Positions 50,401-61,335 are shown, counted from the stretch's first letter. The stretch is 64,000 nt of DNA from an uncultured virus (IMG/VR IMGVR_UViG_3300030708_001952) (IMGVR_UViG_3300030708_001952), one strand, 5' to 3'. Notes: generated from the sequence alone by a model not told the origin. Made by a program: numbers and translations.

Positions 50401-51116
50401 CACTGCAAATTCAGGATTACTATAAGGGTGCACAGAACTTCACTGTCACCAACAATGGTACACAAGATGTGACCTGCTCGTACACTATCGATGCTGGTCA
50501 ATTTACCTGGAGACTGCGTTTGATTAACGAGTTCCCGTATATGGCAACCACCACTGGTGGTACGAGAACTGTCTTCACACTGAATGACGCTAATATGGCT
50601 AACGGTCCTACCGTAGTCAACACTGGTGACTTCAGCACCTACAGTGGACAACTGGCTACTGCAACTGGTCTGCTCCGCGATTGCCCGTTCCGTGGTGATA
50701 CAAGCATCAACCTGCCTGTGGATTTCGCAGTTAAGAATGACATTCAACCTGCTATCTTCCCTGCACGTGGTACTCAGAAGGTCTACACATTGTGGGTCGA
50801 ACTGGTTGAGTCGCCGTTCGATCTGGTTGACCTGATCAACCTGACTGCTGTTGCTGATCCTTGCCAGGATCACACTTACGACTTTGCATACACCTCTAAC
50901 GGTGCTTGCATTACTCCGTCGAACGACTACTTCTGTAACTTTATCAAACCGTTGCGTGATCGCGGTCACGCTGAACAACCGATCATCGGTATGAAGGGTG
51001 TGGCACAGATTAAAGTGACTGACGGCATTTCGCCAAGATCCCTGGACTTCCAAGTCCCTGCTCCTTGGCCAGTTCTGTTCAGCTACTTGGGTGACTGTAA
51101 CCCCACTTGCGCATAA
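41432..51116 (+). CDS. Giant mosaic protein: S8 subtilase plus YHYH-like and cupredoxin-like modules (about 3224 aa; spans N gap)
   Basis: Triad LYVIDAGV / NGHGTNCA / QGTSFSGP; GYAYDGYPIYGP; YYYQCEYHGGM; removing 10 Ns gives in-frame PHFR-YYGNDE joining ORFs 41432 and 49746. Confidence 0.8.
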
Positions 51117-51140
51117 ATTACTGTATAGGTACAAAGTAAA

Positions 51141-53102
51141 ATGGCACTAATCTACCCACCCGCACTGGGCAGTATTCCGTCGCCAGCGTCTTTGACACCA
51201 ACCATCTTCTCCACTACATTCAGTGGAGAGACTGGGGTTGGTGCTCACCAGTCAACTGACTGGCAGATTGCAACAGCGGATACTTTCGGCTCTAGTGAAC
51301 TGGTATACAACCAAAACGACACGGTTAATAAAACGTCGTTGACAATTCCTGCATCAACACTGCAGAGTAATACACATTATTATATTAGAATTAGGCATCG
51401 TGACGATGCAACTCCCGATGCAAATATCTCAAACTGGTCGAAGGTCGCTGAATTTAATACTGGTTTACCTATTCAGACCCCAACGGTTACGATAGCATCG
51501 CCCACGGCGTTGATTCCCGTGATCATATCATCTGCTTACAGTGGTAGTAACACACACGCTAGAACTGATTGGCAGATTGCAACAGATTTTCTCTTCACTA
51601 ATATCCACGAAGAACTGCTGGATACATCATCTAGCCTGACACAGTTTACGCCACAAACTTTGGCGTATAATACACTGTACTTCGTTAGAGTAAGATACAG
51701 GGATAATACTGGTACTAACTCTGAGTATAGTGCACCTGTATCATTCTATACTGATACACAGACTAACGTTAGTCCTAAGATCAATCGTCCTAGCATCACA
51801 GCACCTGTGAATGCCGCGACGAATGTTACTCTGACACCCACCATTTCTGGTTCTGGTTTCTCTGGTGTCAATGGTGCTACTCACGTGTCATCTACCTGGC
51901 AGATTGCACTGACTCCTACTTTTGGTAGTGATGCTGGTCTTGCTCCTCTGGCTGGTGGATACACAGCAACATCACAGATTAGTAACACTAGTGGTCTAAT
52001 CTATGAGTCTGCTAATGATATTAACAACAAAACATCTATCACTATTGCTAGTGGTATTTTAGAAGAGGACAGAACATATTACGTTCGTGTCCGTTATCAG
52101 TATGTTGACCTTCAGAGTGCTAACTGGTACTCCGAATGGTCAGAACCTATTTACTTTGCAACATCTGCTGTTCCTGCTGAACTGCAGTGCCCTGCAATTA
52201 CTAGTGTTGTAGAGTCTAACATTTACGATAGACTTGACGTTACATCTAGTGCATTTGTTGCTACACCTGCTGCGGCTCAGACACACGTACATAGTGACTG
52301 GGAGGTTGCAACTGATGCTGGGTTCACCAATAAAGTGATTGTTGCGTCTATTGACACTACAAATAGAACTACATTCCCAATTCCGACAGATTCTATCCGT
52401 CCTTCTACACAATACTATGTGAGAGTACGGTATAATAACGGTGCAATTAACTCTGTATTTTCTGCAGGGTATTCGTTTATGTCACCGTCCACTGCAACTG
52501 GTACGCTGCAGGACTTCACCCGAGTCCAGACAGATACCTTGGACGACCTGTCGGTGTCTACAACTAAAATTATTAACTTGTCTGTCACCAATCCTAAGTT
52601 GGCAGACGGAGCAGTGACTACAGCCAAGATTGCCCCAGGTGCTGTGGACGCTGATACTGCACTGACTGACGATTCTGTCACCAGTGCTAAACTTAATAGC
52701 ACAGGTGGTTCTGAAGCAGTTACCACTGATGTCATCAGAAACTTGAATGTGACCACTGCTAAGTTAGCTGCTGGTTCTGCAACTTCTGAAAAGATTGATA
52801 TCACTGGTGCTACTGATCCTGTATCCCCTGTCAATGGTCAAATTTTTTACAATACTAGCCAGAATACATTCAAAACGTATAATGGTGTTAACTGGAAAGA
52901 AAGTGGGGACGCTGGTGACTACTATATCATCAGAAAACCCCAACCAGGTACAACTAATTTGACTATTGTGTACGCTGGTAGACAGACAAATATCTCATAT
53001 GATGAGTATTCGTCACCTTTGAACACACACCAGTTCTTCGCACCAAGCGGTCTGGAATTCAATATAGATAGTAATGGGCATCTCGTCGTCACAGTAAGGT
53101 AA
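51141..53102 (+). CDS. Virion protein with four FN3-like repeats
   Basis: Four repeats H..(T/S)(D/T)W(Q/E)(I/V)A...Y(Y/F)(I/V)R(I/V)R; AVTTAKI-type stalk repeats. Confidence 0.8.
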   Translation: MALIYPPALGSIPSPASLTPTIFSTTFSGETGVGAHQSTDWQIATADTFGSSELVYNQNDTVNKTSLTIPASTLQSNTHYYIRIRHRDDATPDANISNWSKVAEFNTGLPIQTPTVTIASPTALIPVIISSAYSGSNTHARTDWQIATDFLFTNIHEELLDTSSSLTQFTPQTLAYNTLYFVRVRYRDNTGTNSEYSAPVSFYTDTQTNVSPKINRPSITAPVNAATNVTLTPTISGSGFSGVNGATHVSSTWQIALTPTFGSDAGLAPLAGGYTATSQISNTSGLIYESANDINNKTSITIASGILEEDRTYYVRVRYQYVDLQSANWYSEWSEPIYFATSAVPAELQCPAITSVVESNIYDRLDVTSSAFVATPAAAQTHVHSDWEVATDAGFTNKVIVASIDTTNRTTFPIPTDSIRPSTQYYVRVRYNNGAINSVFSAGYSFMSPSTATGTLQDFTRVQTDTLDDLSVSTTKIINLSVTNPKLADGAVTTAKIAPGAVDADTALTDDSVTSAKLNSTGGSEAVTTDVIRNLNVTTAKLAAGSATSEKIDITGATDPVSPVNGQIFYNTSQNTFKTYNGVNWKESGDAGDYYIIRKPQPGTTNLTIVYAGRQTNISYDEYSSPLNTHQFFAPSGLEFNIDSNGHLVVTVR

Positions 53103-54361
53103 TGTCACAATTTTTCATCGATGTAGGTAAGATTAAACTTACCTGGCAAGGAAACTGGTCAAACTCCACCGCATATGTGGTGGATGATCTAGTATGGTTT
53201 GACGACGGATCCACCGTCAGCACGTACATTTGCGTGGCTGATAACACAAATCAATCACCATCTGCCACTGGTACAGTAAACACTACTTACTGGAATCTGT
53301 TTGCTGGTGGTGGTCTCGCTGGTGGTTTGCAACCTGGTGGTACAGGATCTAATCAGATTCAAATCAGATCAGGCTTAGCACTTGGTGGTGAAGCAGCATT
53401 TACATATGATCCTGCAACTGACGTTATGTCAGTTCCTGCTATCGCTGTAACTGGTGGCGCTGCAGGTTCACCCACACGTGACGTTGACATTACTGGTAGC
53501 ATTCGCGCTACTGAAATCTATGAAGGATCGAACAGACTCACTTACAACATTGGTGGGGGACAAATTACATCGGGCACGGTTAACAATGACCGTTTGCCTG
53601 CTAGTATTAACGTCACTGACCTTAGTGCCACTACCTCCCTTACTATTAAAACTAGTGGTCTTAAATTTGATTCTAGTACTGACCGTGTTGGTATTGGTAC
53701 TGCAGTGCCTGGAACTAGGCTTGATGTCCGATCCGTGGCGTTATCAACGGAAGACGATGTAGTTGCTAGATTCAGATCAGATCACACAAACAACCACGCT
53801 ACTCTTATTGAGGTTCAACCCAATACATCACAGGCATCTAAGTCTGGTATTGTATTGCATAAGAACTCCACTAGAGTTGATGGATGTAGAATTATCAATG
53901 ACAATGGTACTATTACCATTGACAACCAAGATACTGCTGCTCCTAAGTTCAACGTTGACTTAGGTGGTACAAATAGATTGATGCTCACTGGTACACAAGT
54001 GATCGTCAACAATCCTCTGGTGGTAAATGGCTGCTTTGATGAGAACTATCTGACTCCTAACATTACATCTAATACATTGACACTGGATGCTACTCAAGCA
54101 TCTGTGTTTGGTATTACATTGAACCAGATTGTTAATACATTGAACATCACTTTGCCTGCTAACTCGCGTGCGGTGTCTGTTACAATGATTATTACATCTA
54201 ATGGTAGTTACAGTATTGCTTGGCCAGCAAATACTAGATGGGCTGGTGGTAACATTCCTACTCTATCTCAGGTTGCTGGTAGAATTGATGTTATTACACT
54301 CACTACTACAAACCAGGGTGCTACTTGGTTAGGTTTCGTTGGAGGCACAGAGTTTCAATGA
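53102..54361 (+). CDS. Fibre/adaptor structural protein A
   Basis: IDVGKIK..WQG.W...AY..DD.V; RVGIGTAVP; C-term WAGGNIPTLS...D...GFVGG. Confidence 0.75.
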   Translation: MSQFFIDVGKIKLTWQGNWSNSTAYVVDDLVWFDDGSTVSTYICVADNTNQSPSATGTVNTTYWNLFAGGGLAGGLQPGGTGSNQIQIRSGLALGGEAAFTYDPATDVMSVPAIAVTGGAAGSPTRDVDITGSIRATEIYEGSNRLTYNIGGGQITSGTVNNDRLPASINVTDLSATTSLTIKTSGLKFDSSTDRVGIGTAVPGTRLDVRSVALSTEDDVVARFRSDHTNNHATLIEVQPNTSQASKSGIVLHKNSTRVDGCRIINDNGTITIDNQDTAAPKFNVDLGGTNRLMLTGTQVIVNNPLVVNGCFDENYLTPNITSNTLTLDATQASVFGITLNQIVNTLNITLPANSRAVSVTMIITSNGSYSIAWPANTRWAGGNIPTLSQVAGRIDVITLTTTNQGATWLGFVGGTEFQ

Positions 54362-54969
54362 GTCCTGTTGGTATTTCAAAAGCCGTCCTTACATCAGGTG
54401 GCGGCAGTCTTCTACAAGCAGAGTGGAATTACGAAGACAATGATGCTTTCCCGACATATAATACGGGAACTAGTGTAAACTTGGTTATTGCTACTGGTGT
54501 TGAGACATATCGTCTTACCAATAATTTGCTTGGTGGACTGTCACTATCTGTTAATGGTAGTAACGAGTTAGTGTTGTCTGGTACTCTTGCACAGTTTGGA
54601 TATGCAGCTGTACAGGTGAATGAAGGTAATAGTTATACATTACGTGCATCAGACTATGGTGTCACTAGAGAGTTTGTTATCACTGTTAATGGTGAGGCTA
54701 GAACATTTACTCACAGACAGATTGGTAATACTCTTATCTCTAAGCAGTATGAATCGTATGGTACACCTAACGCAACTTGGCAAGGTTTAGAGAGTCAGCA
54801 ACTCGATGCAACCCAGAGTGTCTCTGCTAGTAATGGTGGATGTCATTCTGGTACACAACGATTGTCTAGTGGTGGTGTAACATCAGTTACCATCAACTCT
54901 AACAATGGTAACTATGGTGATCCTTGTGTGGGTACATACAAGCGTGTCTTCACCTATTATACTATCTGA
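54358..54969 (+). CDS. Putative fibre-tip/adhesin partner of protein A
   Basis: ATGA overlap; MSPVGISKAVLTSGGG; ends GDPCVGTYK (galactose-lectin-like motif). Confidence 0.65.
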   Translation: MSPVGISKAVLTSGGGSLLQAEWNYEDNDAFPTYNTGTSVNLVIATGVETYRLTNNLLGGLSLSVNGSNELVLSGTLAQFGYAAVQVNEGNSYTLRASDYGVTREFVITVNGEARTFTHRQIGNTLISKQYESYGTPNATWQGLESQQLDATQSVSASNGGCHSGTQRLSSGGVTSVTINSNNGNYGDPCVGTYKRVFTYYTI

Positions 54970-55005
54970 TAAATAAACAAAGGAACAAGAACCCAATAAA
55001 GATCG

Positions 55006-55923
55006 ATGGCTCTAACTATTGATGTTGGCAAGATTAAAATTAAGTGGCGTGGTACATACGACCCCGCAACAGCATATGAAATTGATGATGCTGTAAGTTT
55101 TTATGACGGTGCCACGACCTCTGCATACATCTGTATCGCTAACAGTACAGGTAATGCTCCGTCTAATAACAATGTCCTTCACGCTAGTTGGAACTACTTA
55201 GCACGTGGTACTGAATCTGCCTCTGGTGGTAGTGCCGATGGGCAAATTCAATATAAATCTGGTACAGGATTCGCAGGTGAGACAGGCTTTAGTTACGACG
55301 CTGGGACTGATACGCTTACTGCCCCCAACGCTACTATTACTGGCGACCTTACTGTACAGGGGACTACGACTACAGTCGCAACAACAAACACCAGCATCAA
55401 CGATAACACCATCGTCCTCAACGCTGGTGAAAGTGGTGCTGGTGTGCAGCACGCTGATGGCACTGCTGGTATTGAGATCGAGCGCGGTACTGAACTGAAC
55501 ACTAAACTGTTATGGAATGAGACTTCTGATTACTTCCAATTCCTGACAGGATCATCACCTGCAAGACTTCACGTTCCTACGTATTCTGAAAATGTTAGAG
55601 CAGAGTCAATATCAACTGGTCTTGTTACTATTGATCTTACACAATCGGCAATTTTTACAGTCTCTCTGACTGAGAATGTTACTGGTTTCACTGTTTCTGG
55701 TGAGCAGGCAGGTGCATCCACCTCATTCATTCTTGTTCTGACGCAAGACTCAACAGGTGGTAGAACTGTTGACCTAAGTAACTTTGTGGGTCGTACAGTT
55801 AAGTGGGCTGGTAGTGTGGTCCCCACAGTTTCTACTAACCCGAATGCAACAGATATTTTCCTGTTCACTACATTTAACGGCGGTACAATCTACTACGGGT
55901 TCACATCTGGTCAGGAGTTCTGA
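55006..55923 (+). CDS. Fibre/adaptor structural protein B (paralog of A)
   Basis: IDVGKIKIKWRG; AGIEIERG; C-term WAGSVVPTVS...D...GFTSGQEF. Confidence 0.75.
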   Translation: MALTIDVGKIKIKWRGTYDPATAYEIDDAVSFYDGATTSAYICIANSTGNAPSNNNVLHASWNYLARGTESASGGSADGQIQYKSGTGFAGETGFSYDAGTDTLTAPNATITGDLTVQGTTTTVATTNTSINDNTIVLNAGESGAGVQHADGTAGIEIERGTELNTKLLWNETSDYFQFLTGSSPARLHVPTYSENVRAESISTGLVTIDLTQSAIFTVSLTENVTGFTVSGEQAGASTSFILVLTQDSTGGRTVDLSNFVGRTVKWAGSVVPTVSTNPNATDIFLFTTFNGGTIYYGFTSGQEF

Positions 55924-55926
55924 TAA

Positions 55927-58900
55927 ATGCCATTATTTGCAGCGAAAGGTATGTCCGCCACTGGTGGTGGCGGTGCCTTCTACACTCTCCTAGAGAGTAA
56001 ACAAGACACGGCGGATAACTCTAGTTACCGTCAACCATCAGGTATGTTTGACGTTGCCACGTCATCATCTGGTGAAGTCTACACATTGAATGGTGAGCGT
56101 AATGTTCTCACTGGATTATATAACGTTGTAGTTGCGAAGATCGGTGCCATTGGTGCTGTGTCTTGGCAGTACACTCTTTCTGCTGCAAGTAATATCTACC
56201 CACAAGCACTGGCTTGTGACACTAGAGACAACAGCATTATTATTTGTTGTATGAAGACTACCACCCTTAGTGGTGTTGGTAACTATAGTAATAAAAAGAC
56301 TGAGGATGGTAACGCTGGTTATGCAGATAACACCAATGATGCTCAGTATCACGTAATTAAGTTTAGTTCTTCTGGTACCAGACTTTGGGAGAATACCTGG
56401 AGTTCTGCCAACCCTACGAACTATCCTGTTGCTATTTGTAAGCGTACACCAAGTGGTTCATTCCAGTACGCTAATACATTTGAGAATAGAAACGAAGGAA
56501 CAAGTGAAGTATATTGGAGCAAGCAAGGTGCACCTGACCTGAAGCTTATGAAGGTGCGCTCTGATAGAGGTAAAGACTTTAATGGTTTCCAGTCTCCATA
56601 TATGGAGTCTGTGCACGAGACTAGTGGTGGTCAAGGTCGTTCGACACTTCAGTCAGATACATTTAGAGTACTGGGTCAAGATTTTACTGGTGAGCAAGAA
56701 GTTCACCAAGCATTTGCATTGGATGGTCCACTCTTTGGTGGACGTCCTCAGTCTACATCTAACCTTGTCATTGATCAGTCTAATGACTACTGGTATATGA
56801 TGGTGGCTGCTAATGCTACGACTGATGATCTGTCTAGATCTCGTAGCACATTCCAAGTCCTGCGTGGTACTGTCAACGGCACATCTGTCAACGCTAAGGA
56901 GATGGTATATCCTGGTGGTTGGGATCAGAATGCTAGGATTGCATTAGACAGTAGTAATAACCTGCTGATTCCCTGGACTGGTACTAATAAAGAGAGACTG
57001 TATAGAGCACAGACACTTAACGACTACTCACAACTGTGTGACGTTGGTGATACTGCACATCACGTTGATATTTCTAACACTGCTGCTAACATCAGATTAG
57101 ATTGGGATAATGATGAGTTTGATCTCACATATTATTCTTTGAATGGTAATGCACCGTGTAAAGTTTGTAAGGTTGAAGCAGATGCTGATGGTGGTACAAC
57201 GTATGAATATGTCACCACTGCTGGTCTCACACCTGCACCTAACATTGGCTTAGGTATGCAGACTGCATCGAGAGTTAACTCTCGCATTGCTGATGGTGCT
57301 AACAGATCTTATATGTTGGGTAGATACACCAATTTGGTGCAACTACACAAGCGTAACAAGGCAACTAATGCTCTTGATTGGATCAAGACATTCTTTGCTA
57401 TTCCACGTGGTCCTACTAGAGATGCTAACGCCACTCAAAACAGTGGATCTAATACTGATTGGAAGGGTGGATTAGGTACACCTGACATCTCTGTTGCTGA
57501 TAGTAAAGTGCACCCCAGTGGTGTTTACTATCTTGGTAACGTTGTGATGCCACAAGAGGGTATTGAGCACACTTCTACTCCTTTTACCAGTAAACTGTCC
57601 TACTTTGGATTTGTTGCCAAGGTATCACACGATGGTGAAGTAGAATATATCCGTGAGATTAGAGGTTTAGATACTCTTGATCAGGCTGGATCTCCTAGCA
57701 CTAAACCACCTCATCATTGGGCAGCCCGTGAAGATGGTGGTGTGTTGTTGGATAGTATCAACTTCGATGCATTTAACAATATGATTGTTACTGGTCGTAG
57801 TATTGATGCACAACAGGTTGGTAACGTTGGTACCTGGGTTAATAACGTTATCTTCAAACTGCCTCACAATGGTGACTTGATTGGTCCTATTGAGATCAAT
57901 GATGATTATAACCAGCAAGTCCAACGCTTCACATACACTCCTGCTGTGTGTGTTAGATGTTGGGAAGATGTGAAGTATGATACACAGGTTGCCTATGGAT
58001 CTGGTATGGAGACATTCAAACTGCTCCGTACTTGTGCTCTGTGGAATACAACTAACCAAGCACCTACATCACCCACATCACTGGGTTCTGTGACCACACA
58101 GGCTAACTACGAAGCATTCCTTGGTAGTAATCCATCACGACTGGTGCAGATTGACACTGGTACATACACCTCTCGTATGTTGTGGCAGACACCTGCAACT
58201 AACCTGCAGTTAGATACTACACAGAATAGACAGTTTGATCGTGCTAAGCGTAGAAGTTCTTCCTCTGTGTTCTTGCAAGTATATGAAGAGACTGCTGAGG
58301 CTTCAAGAATTGAAGCAGTGAGATCCTGCCCTGCATATTTGTATGTTGATCAGGCTGTCAACACTGACAATGCACGTTCTGACTATGATGTTTCTAACTA
58401 CACGAAACCACACGCTGAAGGTGACATCCAAGATACACAAGAGATTAAGAAGCAGGAAGCACCTAATGGTATGATCACAGTGTCCCAGTACTGGGATGGT
58501 GATACTGGACTGCGCAAACAGTTACTGACACGTCACAGTCCTACTGGTGGTGTTGAGGCACGTCTCTACGATATGGGAGTCAACACCTATCCGAAGGATG
58601 TATGTATCGATGAGATCGGTAACATCTACACTGTGGGTTGGGCTGCTAGTACTCTTGGTGGCAACACATATGGTGTAGGATATATCACTGCATATGATAA
58701 GAACCTGGTGTTCTTGTGGGATGCACAGTATGTCAACACTGACTCTAGTTCACTTGGTGATGCTCCTGAGAACTATCAGATTCACTGTTGTGCTGTCACG
58801 ATGACATCAGCAAACACTGCTAAGTTGTTCATTGGCGGTCATCATACAACTGTTAGTAGCAATACACCATCACAACTAGCATCCATCAATGTGATTCCGA

Positions 58901-60129
58901 TGGACATCACAAATGGTCTGCCTGCATACACTGGTATGAGTGTCAGTGGTGCTAACTTTAGTATGGGTGGTGGTCATCCAAACCAACAAATTGATGGTAT
59001 CTTTGGTCTGGATGTATTCCAGGCTGATGGTGGTGATGGAAACAACTGCTATGTTGGATACGCTGGTAAAACATATGACACCACTGGTACTACCACTCGT
59101 GGTATGTACGGCATCATCAGATACAATGGCAACTCACCTTTGACTGGTTCTGGTGATAAGTGGGGATATGTGACTGGTGATGACCTTGAACTGTCATCGT
59201 TTGCATTCTGTAAGGGTCTTGACGCTTATCATAGTGCTAGAAATAGTCACAATGCATTTAAGTATGCTGTGGGTGGTAGTGATACTGCTGCTGGTACTAC
59301 AAATGGTGTCGTTATTGTTGCAACCAGCCTTCGCACCACTGGTGGATCGATCTCTAATCAGAATGATCAACCATATAGTTTCACATCATTGAAGATCAAC
59401 AACTCTAACGGTGCTGACATCGTGAGAGATCTACGTTGGGGTTATGTTGAGCAACCTGGTCTTGCTATCCGTGGTAGTACAGACAATAGAGCTGGTGATG
59501 CAGGTGGTAATGAAGCTGAGGATCAAGCACTAGACTTCATTCCTCTGTCACTCGCTGAAGATAGACTATTTGTTGCCTGTTCTATCACCAACCAGTTCTC
59601 TCAGATTGACTCATATATGATTGAGATCACATCTGCTAGTAACTCATATCAGTCTGGCATTACTGGTAACAGAATTGCTGATGGTATTAACATCACTCGT
59701 GTTGGTAAGGTGTCTACCTCTGGTATCACTGATCCTGCTGGTATTGTGGCTCTTGGACCTGCATATGGTACGGTGATGATGAGTTGCAATGCTGCTCAGT
59801 CTGGTACACCTAATGATCGTCAACTGTTGACTGTCAAAGTACCATTTGATATGTCTAAGAAGCGTAGTCTGTACCATAATGTTGGTTCGTTGTCAATCAA
59901 CTGGTCACAACCTGACTTCTCGTTTGCTGTTAATGGTATCTCCTCTTATCCTGGAGCCCTGGGTGCATATGCTACCGCAGCTAACAACGATGGCACACGC
60001 TTCTACCACGGCACCACATCATTTATTGGTGGATGGGCTGCTGGTGGTGGCACAAACGTAACTGATGTTAGTACTGCTGGTACCTTCACAGTTCTTACAC
60101 AAGACTTGCAGCAATTCAAGCAGTCGTGA
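55927..60129 (+). CDS. Large putative beta-propeller virion/adhesin protein (1400 aa)
   Basis: MPLFAAKGMSATGGGG; repeated K....G...W and D..GNIY.VG blade-like motifs. Confidence 0.7.
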   Translation: MPLFAAKGMSATGGGGAFYTLLESKQDTADNSSYRQPSGMFDVATSSSGEVYTLNGERNVLTGLYNVVVAKIGAIGAVSWQYTLSAASNIYPQALACDTRDNSIIICCMKTTTLSGVGNYSNKKTEDGNAGYADNTNDAQYHVIKFSSSGTRLWENTWSSANPTNYPVAICKRTPSGSFQYANTFENRNEGTSEVYWSKQGAPDLKLMKVRSDRGKDFNGFQSPYMESVHETSGGQGRSTLQSDTFRVLGQDFTGEQEVHQAFALDGPLFGGRPQSTSNLVIDQSNDYWYMMVAANATTDDLSRSRSTFQVLRGTVNGTSVNAKEMVYPGGWDQNARIALDSSNNLLIPWTGTNKERLYRAQTLNDYSQLCDVGDTAHHVDISNTAANIRLDWDNDEFDLTYYSLNGNAPCKVCKVEADADGGTTYEYVTTAGLTPAPNIGLGMQTASRVNSRIADGANRSYMLGRYTNLVQLHKRNKATNALDWIKTFFAIPRGPTRDANATQNSGSNTDWKGGLGTPDISVADSKVHPSGVYYLGNVVMPQEGIEHTSTPFTSKLSYFGFVAKVSHDGEVEYIREIRGLDTLDQAGSPSTKPPHHWAAREDGGVLLDSINFDAFNNMIVTGRSIDAQQVGNVGTWVNNVIFKLPHNGDLIGPIEINDDYNQQVQRFTYTPAVCVRCWEDVKYDTQVAYGSGMETFKLLRTCALWNTTNQAPTSPTSLGSVTTQANYEAFLGSNPSRLVQIDTGTYTSRMLWQTPATNLQLDTTQNRQFDRAKRRSSSSVFLQVYEETAEASRIEAVRSCPAYLYVDQAVNTDNARSDYDVSNYTKPHAEGDIQDTQEIKKQEAPNGMITVSQYWDGDTGLRKQLLTRHSPTGGVEARLYDMGVNTYPKDVCIDEIGNIYTVGWAASTLGGNTYGVGYITAYDKNLVFLWDAQYVNTDSSSLGDAPENYQIHCCAVTMTSANTAKLFIGGHHTTVSSNTPSQLASINVIPMDITNGLPAYTGMSVSGANFSMGGGHPNQQIDGIFGLDVFQADGGDGNNCYVGYAGKTYDTTGTTTRGMYGIIRYNGNSPLTGSGDKWGYVTGDDLELSSFAFCKGLDAYHSARNSHNAFKYAVGGSDTAAGTTNGVVIVATSLRTTGGSISNQNDQPYSFTSLKINNSNGADIVRDLRWGYVEQPGLAIRGSTDNRAGDAGGNEAEDQALDFIPLSLAEDRLFVACSITNQFSQIDSYMIEITSASNSYQSGITGNRIADGINITRVGKVSTSGITDPAGIVALGPAYGTVMMSCNAAQSGTPNDRQLLTVKVPFDMSKKRSLYHNVGSLSINWSQPDFSFAVNGISSYPGALGAYATAANNDGTRFYHGTTSFIGGWAAGGGTNVTDVSTAGTFTVLTQDLQQFKQS

Positions 60130-60159
60130 TATAATCCGTGAGCGGTTAATAAAGGCACA

Positions 60160-60408
60160 ATGGGCGCTCACTCAATTCCACAATCAACAACCGTTGACGT
60201 TACGGTATATCGTGACGTTACACTCACTCTCGAAGAAAGAGGATATTTGAAGGAAATGTTGCACACATATAAACGTATGTTTGCAGAACAAATGACTTCT
60301 CTTAAATTCTCAAATACTACAGATATGCAAAAACGTGAATTTTTCAGAAAACACCAATTAAGTATTGGCGATAATCTCCTGAAAAAAATTGTCGAGAGTG
60401 ACAGCTAG
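60160..60408 (+). CDS. Hypothetical protein
   Basis: 82-aa ORF after TGATATAAT box. Confidence 0.6.
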   Translation: MGAHSIPQSTTVDVTVYRDVTLTLEERGYLKEMLHTYKRMFAEQMTSLKFSNTTDMQKREFFRKHQLSIGDNLLKKIVESDS

Positions 60409-60455
60409 GAAACTGGCATACGACCCCCTTCACAGGGGGTTTTCTCATCTATAAT
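60398..60455 (+). promoter_or_regulatory. Early promoter with upstream palindrome (copy A)
   Basis: CAG-N8-CTG, 34 bp, TATAAT. Confidence 0.65.
60423..60443 (+). terminator. Rho-independent terminator
   Basis: ACCCCCT-tcac-AGGGGGT then TTT. Confidence 0.75.
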
Positions 60456-60475
60456 ATGAGCATTGACAAATTCCA

Positions 60476-60730
60476 ATGCAAGGTACACTTCCATCTCGTC
60501 TGACACTGAGTGTCAAAGATGCTGCTGCTCTTGAGCCATTCTACCGTGCACAACGTCCGCACGATGATGTGCTGAGTTGGCGTGAAATGCGTGCTCGTGG
60601 TGCACAACCCAAGCCCAAAGAAGATCCTTCACTTAAGTTTATTTGCGATGCATTTAATACTACCTACAACGAAGATCTAAACTATGATAAAGTTAAACAA
60701 GATCCCGATCTTTCCGATAATGGTGTATGA
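60476..60730 (+). CDS. Hypothetical protein
   Basis: ORF directly after promoter copy A. Confidence 0.65.
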   Translation: MQGTLPSRLTLSVKDAAALEPFYRAQRPHDDVLSWREMRARGAQPKPKEDPSLKFICDAFNTTYNEDLNYDKVKQDPDLSDNGV

Positions 60731-61301
60731 AATTGATGTACCCCAAGAGATATACTTACCTCTCTTGCAGTGGGCACCATCATTAGATTACCATTGGGGT
60801 GATACTAATGCACGTAAATTTACTGACGTGTTTGGTCAACCTGAAGCAGAGCCAGTGTGTAACTGGATCAATGAAACTATTGTAGAGATCTATAATGATT
60901 TGTTCACCAATCCATTTGCTTACCAGATGGAAGTATGTGCGATGTGGATGAACAAAGCAGAGCGCGGTGATTATACACACGAACACATACATCCCTGGTC
61001 CGTTATCAGTGGCATCATCTATCTCGCTGGTAGTGGTGGTAGAACTGTGTTCAGTAGGAAAAATCCATACGATAATATAATGGGTATGCCTATCTCTGAC
61101 AGGTTTATGAACAGAGAAGCATACACACCAACGCCAGGTAAGATGATCTTATTTCCATCTAACCTAGAGCATAGTGTGGAGATCAATGATGAGGATACCA
61201 CACGATACACTCTATCATTCAACACGTTCCCTGGTGTGGTGAACAAGGACCCCACGGTCCACTTGGATAAGTGTCCATACCAACCCAAACCACGCCCATA
61301 G
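60684..61301 (+). CDS. 2OG-Fe(II) oxygenase (TIGR02466-like)
   Basis: WMN...HEHIHPWSVISGIIY...PGKMILFPSNLEH...RYTLSFN. Confidence 0.88.
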   Translation: MIKLNKIPIFPIMVYEIDVPQEIYLPLLQWAPSLDYHWGDTNARKFTDVFGQPEAEPVCNWINETIVEIYNDLFTNPFAYQMEVCAMWMNKAERGDYTHEHIHPWSVISGIIYLAGSGGRTVFSRKNPYDNIMGMPISDRFMNREAYTPTPGKMILFPSNLEHSVEINDEDTTRYTLSFNTFPGVVNKDPTVHLDKCPYQPKPRP

Positions 61302-61312
61302 GGCTGTATAAT
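61256..61312 (+). promoter_or_regulatory. Early promoter with upstream palindrome (copy B)
   Basis: CAC-N8-GTG, 33 bp, TATAAT. Confidence 0.65.
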
Positions 61313-61335
61313 ACTAAGGTAATCAAGGGACAGCA

